Source: Octopus vulgaris
Lineage: Eukaryota
DNA: 64,000 nt
Reading direction: 5' to 3'
Assembly: GCA_951406725.2 (NCBI GenBank)
Contig: OX597819.1
Coordinates: 111,290,001-111,354,000, forward strand
In this document: positions 54,095 through 64,000 of the stretch, piece by piece
How the letters are laid out: each line of letters starts with the position of its first letter
Position numbering within the stretch: position 1 is the stretch's first letter
The notes under the pieces: model-generated
Database searches by the model: none
Seen by the model: the letters and a program-made list of their open reading frames with translations, nothing else
What the model was told of the DNA's origin: nothing
Program-made: the position numbers and the translations under genes

Positions 54095-54629
54095 GCGGTA
54101 CCCATTTATCGAGCTTTTTCAACTGACCAATATTCTGCAGATTGCGTGAGACCGTTGCAATACCGACACTAAGTGCCTGAGACATTTCTCTGACACTTTG
54201 ACGTGAGTTTTGTTCAACAATTATTTCCAATTGTTCATTGTGAAGGCTGCATGGCCATCCTCTACCTTCTTCATCTTCAAGGCTCTCATTACCACTACAG
54301 AATTTCTGAAACCACCTTCATACTGTGTGATCACTTGTGAACCCTTCTCCTCATGCTCTGTTGATATTGGCAGCAGTTTGGGACACATTGTGCCAAGCTT
54401 GAACTCACGCAAGAAAAGTAAGCGAAGGTCCGTTTTTGTCATATTCCTAATTAAGGGTGCCTATGCTTCAAGAATGTTTTCTGCCTGAAATAAATAGAAA
54501 ATTATTAAAAAGCATACATCATTTATTAAGAATGTCGAAATTCATCTATAATATAATTAAAATAATATGATAAAATTGCGTTTCAAAACACAACACTTAG
54601 AGCGGCTATTATTTTCGGAACAACCTAAT
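54095..54629 (-). mobile_element. 5' half of a second mariner element (TIR plus N-terminal transposase fragment)
   Basis: Minus strand starts ta-ttaggttgttccgaaaataat; frameshifted translation MTKTDLRLLFLREFKLG...RWFQKF...SLEDEEGRG...LKKLDKWVP, truncated there. Confidence 0.85.
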
Positions 54630-55596
54630 AATAAGGTTGAAAATTTAAAAAGAAAATGCTATTATTTACAACGGAGTAGATTGAAATTAAAGTAGTGATT
54701 TGAAATATGGAGAAAATTGTCATTTGGTAGATAATAATGTTAAGGAAAAGAAGTATACAGATGGTGGAAGAATTGAAGTTTATCCCCGAAATTCAGATCT
54801 CCTATATTTAATAATATTTTAATGGTTTCAAATTTTGGCGGAAGGCTACCAAGTTTGAAAGGATGGGGAAGCAACTGGTACTTATTTGTTAACTATCTCG
54901 AAACGATGTATAGTAAAGTTTTAACTCGATGGAATTTAAAGTTACAAAGTATAGTGTCAGACGAAAATGCCGCTTAGCATTGTCTTTTTCCAACGCGCAA
55001 ATGATTCTGCCTGCTCACTACCTTTTTATATTTCTTTAGATGATAATTATAACATTAATACCAATAGAGTAAACACATTTTACGGTAGGCTGAAATTGGT
55101 GTGATTATTAGATAAATTTCGTGATAACTTGATCGACCAGTCTATTGGACGTTGTTACATTTCGCAGGTCGTAATGCGTTTTACATCGTTTTAGCTTTTG
55201 AAAAAGAACCTTCTCGGAAAGATAGTCCGTCGCAAGGTTATTCATTTCCAGTTGAGTTGACTGGAGCGGCGTGAAATGTATTGTTTTACTCAAGAACGCT
55301 AGACACAGCCGACCTAGGAATCGAAACCAGAACCTCCCGATCGTGAGTGCAACAAGCCTAACTCCTAAGCCATGCACCTTCTCGTTATATAAAGTCACTA
55401 TGCTTGAAATAGTTCATTAAATCAATCAATTAAATAACGTTTTCACTGCACTCACCGTCATGCAAATTAGACAGCTTTCTTTAGCTGAGCCATACTTTGT
55501 ACACACATTAAATAGTTCTAAGTTACTAACTTCTCACTGTGGACAAAAGGAAATATTCATCCGTGCTCTATTCAAAGTCAATAAAAGCTAGTAAGG

Positions 55597-55895
55597 TGGA
55601 GGCGTAATGGCCCAGTGGTTAGGGCAGCAGTCTCGCGGTTGGAGGATCACGGTTTCGATTCCCAGACCGGTCGTTCTCTGTGTTTATTGAGCGAAAACAC
55701 CTAAAGCTCCACGAGGTTCCGGCAGCGGGTGGTGGCGACCCCTGTTGTACTCTTTCGCCCCAACTTTCTCTGACTCTTTCTTCCTGTTTCTTGAGTAACG
55801 CTACGATGGACTGAGTGGGGAACACATACGCCACAGAAACCGGGAAACCGGGCCCATGAGCTTGGCTAGGCTTGAAAAGGGCGCATAAATAAATA
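55597..55895 (+). mobile_element. SINE head C + tail T3
   Basis: Head C, then cgatggact..ggggaacacatacgccacagaaaccgggaaaccgggcccatgagc..aaaagggcgca. Confidence 0.9.
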
Positions 55896-56979
55896 GAAAA
55901 AAAGCTAGTAAGTGACCAGCTCGACGCCATTTTTCTATCGATGATGAGATAGTGCCCTGCGGAGTTTTATCTTCCACAATAATACTGAGATTGCATGTTT
56001 ATTTAAAAAGTAATTTATCCAGATCATTGAGTAGACCGCTACGAATTAAGACCTCACTCAAGAAGGGTAACCGCCCAGAGACTCGGGTCTGTGTGTATCA
56101 CGTAAGGCAAGAGATGGGAGCGATGACCTCCCTCGCAAATACTAATCGGACACAGACTGTGTCGTTGGCCAGCTGGAAGAGATGTTTTCCTGGGGCTAAA
56201 AACAACAGTAACACCGTCCTCTTTAGGACCGCCACATTCAGTTGGCAAATATATTTTACGATTCCGTACTGTTATTGTTTATCTCTCGTTCAAAGATTTA
56301 ATATAACTTATCTCTCTCTTTTATATATATTATATATATATATATATGTGGTGATGGGGTTATGTATATGTATGTGTGTATCGATGTTTACATACAACTG
56401 TATTTCTCTCACTCTCTTTCTCTCCCTCGCACACTCTCTCTCTATATATATATAAAGAGAGAGTGCGAGAGCAAGGGAGAGAAAAAGTTAAAGAGCGATG
56501 TGTTTGTATGCATACATTAATACACATACGCGTGCGCACGCACAAACAATACATATATATTATTTTTATTTATCTGTCTATATTGGATCTTTTCTGTTGC
56601 TATCTCAGGTTTTGAAATTTTAAAATTAAGTGAACATTTTCAAATTTAGCATAATGACGTAATTTTTCACATGAAATCCTATTTTGAGATTTTTTTATTC
56701 CAGAAAATTTTAAGAAAAATGTTACAGAGGTTTAAATTTGGATAATTTTTACTCAATCAAAAGAAAAAAAAAACAGGATTTGGAATCTGGTACTTTCCAT
56801 AAAAAATAAAAGCAAACATTATGACGACAAAAATTGTAAAAAGTTTTAAAAAGTTTTAATAAGTTTTAATGAATAATGATGTGAAACGATCGAACAGGTA
56901 TGTAAATTGTTTTTAAATGAAAAAACCCACAGCGAAATTGTATTTGTGGAAAATTACATATTAAGACAAACTGTAAAGG

Positions 56980-57082
56980 TAAGGATTTAGGGTTGAGTAT
57001 AGGATTAAGGTTAAGGTTAGGGTTTAGGGTTAAGGTTAGGGTTTAAGGCTGGTGTTAGAGTTTATGGTTGGGTTAGGGTTTA
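56980..57082 (+). repeat. Degenerate interstitial (TTAGGG)n-like tract
   Basis: ttaaggttaaggttagggtttagggttaaggttagggttt...gttagggtt. Confidence 0.8.
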
Positions 57083-57168
57083 ATTCGTCATCAAAGAAAT
57101 CACAGAGGCTAAAAGAAAATACGCGTAGTGATCATTGTGGTTCGGGTAGCAGACGACAGCTTCGATTG

Positions 57169-57500
57169 TTACTATCATCATCATTGTTCGACCGTGGTCG
57201 AGACAATGGAATTTACTATGCTACGCCAGACTTCACGGTCCATCATAGCATTACGGAGGTCCTGTTGCTGGATGTCTGTATCCCTGGAGATTACATCAGG
57301 GTAGGAGATTGTGCGCCCTCTAGTATCGCGAGTGGATGGCTTCCAGAGGAGAAGAGTGGAAATTGCCTCGTTTTCAGCTCTACAACAATGTCCAGCAAAC
57401 TTCCCATATATTTGTACTTTGGTTGGATGACGCTTCCTCGAGAGATTTTGAGCTCTCATAAGGAGGCGAGTGTAAGTTCCATCCAACTGCCTCTCAAACT
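57169..57500 (-). mobile_element. 5'-truncated RTE-clade LINE 3' end
   Basis: LDGTYTRLLMRAQN...FAGHCCRAENEAISTLLLWKP...GRTISYPDVISRDT...AMMDREVWRSIV; short (TGA)n tail. Confidence 0.85.
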
Positions 57501-58219
57501 ATGGAAACAGGCACCAATGTGTGTGTGGATTTCGATTGACTAAAAATACCCGTGAGTTTCAAACTTTAAAAGCTATTAATGTTTTCTTTATTATTTTATA
57601 GCAAAAATGAATTTCTTTTTGATAATTAGCATACAAAACTAAATCGGTACATCAAATTTGGAAACAAGTCGAATAATATTTATAAAAAAACAGAAAACTG
57701 TCACAGCAACTGAAAGGATTCTCTATATTTATCTATATACACACGCAGATTTGTGTGTGCATTTGTATGTGAGCATGTGTGTGTATGTGTACGTGATTAA
57801 GTGTGTATGTACGTGTGTCGTCGTTGCTCTTGGAGATTATTCCTTTGTATTTTCACTCTTTTCTCTTATTGCCATAGTTTTTCCTTTTCCTCAGCTGTTT
57901 GCACGCAAGACATCTTCTCTCAATGAGTCATCCAATTTGCAACAAATTTAATGACCCAACTACTTCAGTTGCCATCAATATACACACCTATGTAATCTTA
58001 TGTTTTCTCCTAGAATTTTTCTCAAATCAATGTGAATCTATGCCCCTTCCTTTATTTGTATGTGTGTGCATGTGTGTGTATGCCTGTGTGTGTGCGTACG
58101 CGTGTGAGATAGCGAGAGAGTGTGTGTGTGCGTGTTTCTACGTATGTAGACATTTATATTTAAACATAACTATACATATATATGAAGATATATGTAAAAT
58201 ATATGAATGTCTCCATATA

Positions 58220-58349
<130 letters not shown>

Positions 58350-59340
58350 AGTAGTTCCTTAAAATATAGTTAAAATATAAGGATTATAGTTTCTTGAAAT
58401 ACCATTATTTTTTTTCCATATTTAATGTTTTATTCTCATTTATCTTTTTCGTTGCCTTCATTCTTCTTCATATCTACATCGTCTGCCATCTTCTGTCTTT
58501 ACAAGAAAAAATTCTGGAAGACGACTCTGTACAGTACGACTTCATTTGTCAAACTTTAAATATTGTCACTTCTCTATGGTGTTAGCGAAAACGTTGGCAT
58601 TTGTCGGTGGTTTGATTGTGTAGACCACCACTACCTTAGTGATTCCCCATAGAGCTCGGAACGATGCTGACTCCTCTGATCAAGCTTGCTTAATCGAAAA
58701 CTTTCGATAGAATCGATTGTCATTACTTAAAAGCCGTTCTGAAATTGATCTTGTTCGAACCAGTTTTCAGAGACTGGATTACTGCAATGCACAGCGGTTC
58801 TTGCTCTATTACGTCTGGGAATTGTTTCGTGTCACACACTTGATCCGTTAAGGCTGTTCGTTCTCGCTTCTTTCCGTGCGGATTGGCTCTTGAATTATTG
58901 ATGCAGAAGTTTCAGTATTTTAGTATATTAATACGTGCTGCCAGCGCATGTACTGGTATGTCAACCAGGAAAATCTACGTGTTATAGCATTTTCTATTAG
59001 TAACTCTACAAATGTTACTTACTCTCTCTCTCTTTCTTTCTCTCTTTCTTATGTTCTCTTTCTATGTAAGATGAGCGGTCATATATCCTCGTGAAATACT
59101 GGCATGAATCATACGAAGCTAGTCGAGATGTTTTCGTATTCGTACCACGGAGAGTCCTCCGTTGCTTAAACGACAGAGTCTATGTACTCAACAAAGTTGA
59201 TGTCTGTTTACTTGTAAGCTTATTAGCACTTCATCTACACACAGCTGTTTCAGTAGTTACTTACACATACTCAGATTCACACACACATATATGTATATAT
59301 GCAAAAATCTATGTATGTATGTAGGTATGTAGGTATGTGA

Positions 59341-59863
59341 TTATTCAGTTTATTTCAAGATTTCTTGCCAATAGAGGAAGAACCAGTTTCTAACGTAGAT
59401 CGAATGCCCCTTCATTGGAATTTCAACATCAACAACAGTGTATTTTTGTTTGTATGTATGTTTTATGTTTGTATTCTCATGCATATAGTTGCATATCTAG
59501 ACATGCTCATATATATCTAAATATTAAACTTCTGGTAAGTTTTACAATTTTACAGTTCCAGTGATGGCATGCATCTGTAGTCTTCGAATTAGCTTTCTCC
59601 TTTCTTGTTTTGAGAAGCCTAATTTCTCAAGACTGGTATTTAGGCAGTGTGTTACATATCCCAGGCCCTAGTAATTACAGGCATAAACCCGAACGTATAA
59701 TCTGGATAGATTAACTGCAGATTTCTCAATAGTTCAGCATAGGTGTTCTCTTTTTCACTGATCTTCAGCTAATTTCCACAACTGTGCACAGTTTCTCTTC
59801 TCTGTCCCAAATCATTATATCACGTCTGTTGTGCTTACATTTTATTGAGGCCTTTACTGGTAC
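59341..59863 (-). mobile_element. 3' end of an RLE-type (R4/Dong-like) non-LTR retrotransposon
   Basis: KHNRRDIMIWDREEKLCTVVEIS...EKENTYAELLRNLQ...FMPVI..LGY...LEKLGF...GTVKIVK (PD-(D/E)xK nuclease motif order); 3' UTR ends AATAAActgaataat; flanked by (TATG)n. Confidence 0.85.
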
Positions 59864-59894
<31 letters not shown>

Positions 59895-59908
59895 TGTATG
59901 TATGTATA

Positions 59909-60293
59909 GTGGAGACACAATGGCCCAGTGGTTAGGGCAGCGGACTCGCGGTCATAGGATCACGGTTTCGATTCCCAGACCGGGCGTTGTGAGTGTTTAT
60001 TGAGCGAAAACACCTAAAGCTCCACGAGGCTCCGGCAGGAGATGGTGGTGATCCCAGCTGTACACTTTCACCACAACTTTCTCTCACTCTTATTTCCTGT
60101 TTCTGCTGTACCTGTATTTCAAAGGGCCGGCCTTGTCACTTTCTGTGTCACGCTGAATATCCCCCGAGAACTACGTTAAGGGTACACGTGTCTGTGGAGT
60201 GCTCAGCCACTTACACGTTAATTTCACGAGCAGGCTGTTCCGTTGATTCGGATCAACCGGAACCCTCGTCGTCGTAACCGACGGAGTGCTTCC
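59909..60293 (+). mobile_element. SINE head C + tail T1
   Basis: Homologous to 5842-6213; lies in (TATG)n. Confidence 0.9.
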
Positions 60294-60826
60294 ATGTATG
60301 TATGTATGTATGTATGTATGTATGTATGTATGTAGATGCAAATATGTACCTATAAACATGTGTACAAGGTAGACTTACATATTTAAAAAACATTGACTAT
60401 TTGACTATCCGCAAACAGCTTGTTTGTGTCCAAATAAAACACAGAGTGAGCTCAGCTATGTGTGACTGATTGATGTGCTCTTCGGGGGAAGACATGGGTT
60501 GGGGTTTGAAATCAGTGCATAAGAAATGACATAAAATAAATGTATAATATATAGAAATGTATGTGAGTGTGTGTGTGTGTGAATGTATGTCTGTGTTTGT
60601 GTAGGACGGGAGTGTTTGTATGTGTCCGTGTGTGTTTGCATGCGTTAGAGAGGGAAAAATCGTTCATGTATACGTATATATATATATGTATATGTGGACA
60701 AGGCTATCTGCATTACTGGAGTGTAAAATCGACTTCTGTTGAATGTGACAACAGCTGGAAGCATGCAACACACACACACGCGCACGCACGCACACACACA
60801 CACACACACACGCATACACGCACACA

Positions 60827-60867
<41 letters not shown>

Positions 60868-61054
60868 ACATACACGCGTACACAAGAGTGCAAACAGCTG
60901 GTATAGAATTCAAGATGTAGGATAGAGACGTTAAATATATTTATTGTGTCAAAAGTATTGGCCATCTACATTGAATGTAGACGGTCATTGATTAAACAGT
61001 TCAACCATACATGTGTATGTGTGTGTGTACGTGTGTTTGTGTGTGTGTGTAGGA

Positions 61055-61375
61055 GTAAGCGCGTGGTTTAGTGGTTAAGGCGTTCGTCTCACGGCCTAAA
61101 AGTCATGTGTTCGATTCTGGCGGCGCGTTGTATCCTTGAACAAGGCATTCTATTTCATGTTGTCCCCGTCCACTTCGCTGGCAAATATGTGTTGTACTTG
61201 TAATTCAAATGGCCAGCTTTGTTACATTCATTGACGTGCTGAATCTTCCTCAGAACTGCTTAAAGGTATGTGGTGTCTGCGGAATGCTCAGCCGCTTGCA
61301 CGTTTATTTCACAAGTAGGCTGTTGCGCTGTTCGGATCAACTGGAGTACTCGTCGTCGCAACTGATGGAGTACCA
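61055..61375 (+). mobile_element. SINE head D + tail T1
   Basis: Homology; a partial head D copy also lies at 55225-55385(-). Confidence 0.85.
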
Positions 61376-61457
61376 GTTGCACATACACACGCGCGCGCGC
61401 ACACACACACACACGAACACACATACACTCACACACACACACACGCACACACACACA

Positions 61458-61690
61458 TATGGTTCAGTCCCACTGTATGGCACCTTAGACAAGAAGTGTC
61501 TTCTAACGTACCCAACGGTCCAACAAAGCATTTTGAATGGAGTTGGTAAACGGAAACTGAAAGAAGCTCACCGTATTTACATATGTGTATGTGTGCACAT
61601 GTGTGTTTGTGATTTTGCTTGTCTCCACCACGCTTGACAACCGATATTGGTGGGTTTACATCTTCGTATCGTAGCGGTTCGGCAAAATGC
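61458..61690 (+). mobile_element. SINE family A, old copy
   Basis: Diverged homology. Confidence 0.75.
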
Positions 61691-61956
61691 AAAGATACAA
61701 ATCGTACCAGATTTACAGCGAAATTAAATCCTCCAAGGCATTGCCATGACAGCATTCTGTCATGGTCAATGTGACGATCAAACGCTACACCCCTTCCTTC
61801 CAAACACTGCTGTAAACAGAGGAAGTAAGCTAGAACGTTAAAACTTTGTGCACATACATAGCCAAGCCCAAGATCAAGCTGTGCTGAGCAGCTTCAGTCT
61901 GCGTGCTTTAGCTTCGTTCGTATGGAAACATTCCGGATACTTATTCATCAGAGCTC

Positions 61957-61999
<43 letters not shown>

Positions 62000-62007
<8 letters not shown>

Positions 62008-62215
62008 TAATCCAAACATCAAAAACCACCAAGAGAAAACACAACAACGCGAGGACGTGGAACAAATATAATATTATTGGACGCTCAGGAAGGAAAGGAA
62101 GAAGGAGGGTTTTACGTTTCAAGCGGAGCTCTTCGTCAGAAACATAGGAAAACGAAAAATCCAGAGAAGGGAAGACGGAGGAAAAAAAATCGCCAACGGT
62201 ACACACGCGGTCACA
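62000..62215 (-). mobile_element. Short non-coding HHR-bearing repeat (Penelope pLTR-like)
   Basis: Homologous to 11270-11490; ends in (TA)n. Confidence 0.7.
62109..62143 (-). ncRNA. Minimal type I hammerhead ribozyme motif, core intact
   Basis: Minus strand GUUU-CUGACGA-A-GAGC-ucc-GCUU-GAAA-C-GUA/AAAC: stem I GUUU/AAAC, stem II GAGC/GCUU, cleavage triplet GUA. Confidence 0.8.
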
Positions 62216-63039
62216 CACACATATGCATACACGCACGTACGCATAAATGCATACGTACATACATACATACATACATATTTGTATACAAATACATACTGAC
62301 GCACGCACATGCGCACAAACACACGCAGTTTCGATAACGGACAGAGTCAGCAATTATAGACGAGGGTTCAAGAAGCAACGAAGATTTCAGAAAAAAAAAA
62401 TGTAAATGAGTGAAAATTAAACCAGTGTTAATTAATAATGGATTAAAATAGAATTACTCTCCTCAGACGCAACAAAATATGCTTCAGCATACGAATTCAA
62501 ATAAAGAATAATATGTACATATGTATATATATCATATGCATCTAATATTGTACATATATATATATATCCACATCCACATACATATATATATGTATGTGTG
62601 TGTGTGTGTGTAAGAATGTACATATATGCATGTATATATGCATATATATATATATCGAGCTATCTATCATGCAGCCCTGTGTGGCTAATAAAGAAACATA
62701 TCATCAATATATCTATCTGTATGTATGAGTGTATCGCTCGCGTACACTCGTTATACGTACACTTACGCACGCATGTATTTATTTGCGCTGCGTGTATGTG
62801 TACGGGTGTCCGAGTATGAGTGGGGGAGGGAGCTGGACTGCCTTAAAATAGAAAATACAAGAGAAAATAAAAGAAAAAAGCAAAGGAAAGGAAAGGAAAC
62901 CTTATTTAGAAATGAAGTGTGATGTACCCGGTTGAAACTTTAATGAAGATATCGGGTACACTAAAATAACAAAACCATTAACGACAGCAACAACAATAAT
63001 AACATCATGAATACCTGTTATTATCAGACTATCGTTGCT

Positions 63040-63050
63040 ATCATCATCAC

Positions 63051-63095
<45 letters not shown>

Positions 63096-63150
63096 CATCA
63101 TCAACAACATTACAATCAACATCGTTGTAGTTGTCATCATCATCATCATC

Positions 63151-63190
<40 letters not shown>

Positions 63191-63360
63191 CCACCATCAT
63201 CAACATCATCATCATCGTCATCATCATCGTCGTCGTCGTCATCATCATCATCATCATTATCATCGTCGTCGTCGTCGTCGTCATCATCATTACCACCATC
63301 ACGACCATCCCCCACACCATCATCATCATCGTCATCATCATCGTCCTCATCATCAACGGC
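63040..63360. repeat. (CAT)n/(CGT)n trinucleotide microsatellite
   Basis: Direct reading. Confidence 0.97.
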
Positions 63361-63817
63361 AATAACAACAACAAACACACATACCAAAAGAAAAAAAAGA
63401 AAAGAAAAGAAACAAACGAAAATAGTCGACAGTTGATGGGTGTGAATGGTGGGAGGTGAAAAGATCAAATCGTTTGTGTGCGAGTTGATGGCCCGTGTAA
63501 GCACTGATGTATCTATTTGTTAATGGAGTACATACAGTCAACGGGTGGCTCCTACCCAATAATCGTACAAACACCCGCCCACCGAACCTTTCTAACCTTG
63601 ACCACACATCCATCCACCCTTCCACCCGTTATTCTCACATAGTCACCTCACTACTTACCGTCCGTCCTTCCCCAGCCATCAACCCAATCTTAATAACTAC
63701 ATATCTATCTTGTTGCCCATACAAATTGTGATTGCACGCCATCTTGGTATCTTTCTTTAATTCATTTTTTCTATCTTTGTTTGTTTGTTTCTGTCTTTCT
63801 TTCTCTCTTCCTTTCTC

Positions 63818-63856
<39 letters not shown>

Positions 63857-64000
63857 CTCTTTCTTTCTTTCTTACTTTCTTTCTGTGTGTCGCTATGTAT
63901 GTGTGTATGCCTGTGTCGGTGTGTGCATGTGTATGTATGTTTGTGTGTGTATGTGTGTGTGTGTGTAAATACCTAATAGCGTTTAAAAGAAAGATCGAAG

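Noticed and set aside
55920-56250. Possible L1/Tx1 endonuclease fragment on the minus strand (PQGHYLIID-like)
   Set aside because: Too few motif matches to support a call without a profile search.
59071-59213. Candidate + strand internal exon after a CT-rich tract
   Set aside because: Weak AAG acceptor, the tract is a microsatellite, and the peptide is unrecognised.
59909-59985. tRNA genes at SINE heads
   Set aside because: A/B boxes are present, but acceptor stems are broken and each continues into a SINE body.
60460-60520. miR-29 or miR-71 resemblance (tttgaaatcagt; aagacatgggt)
   Set aside because: Seed regions do not match and the hairpin pairs poorly.
62902-63504. 200-aa poly-Asp ORF resembling acidic biomineralisation proteins
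   Set aside because: It is a (GAT)n microsatellite open in several frames; non-ATG start, with a T-rich tract mimicking a hydrophobic segment.

Overview
This is a repeat-saturated, AT-rich animal genomic window (intronic or intergenic). The SINE repertoire and the extreme (TA)n/(TG)n/(CAT)n microsatellite load most resemble an Octopus (cephalopod) genome; that assignment is an inference. No intact host gene is recognisable, and nearly all ORFs in the supplied track are microsatellite artefacts. Supported content: (1) dozens of copies of at least five tRNA-headed SINE families, labelled A-E here for convenience; (2) a full-length but inactivated DD34D mariner with 27-bp TIRs and TA TSD (12862-14142), a DD37D (maT-type) relic, a second mariner 5' fragment and several MITEs; (3) truncated non-LTR retrotransposons (two RTE-like, one CR1/L2-group-like, one R4/Dong-like RLE element) and Penelope GIY-YIG relics; (4) about seven minimal type I hammerhead-ribozyme (HHR) motifs in at least four short non-coding repeat families. 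One HHR is fused behind a tRNA-like Pol III head, and one has the mariner inserted in its stem-II loop. Other notable observations: two SINE heads occur with each of three tails (all six combinations), family B has a variable number of internal tandem units, there are several fold-back hairpins, and a few unique islands could be regulatory elements or exons. Boundaries of degenerate repeats are approximate (tens of bp).
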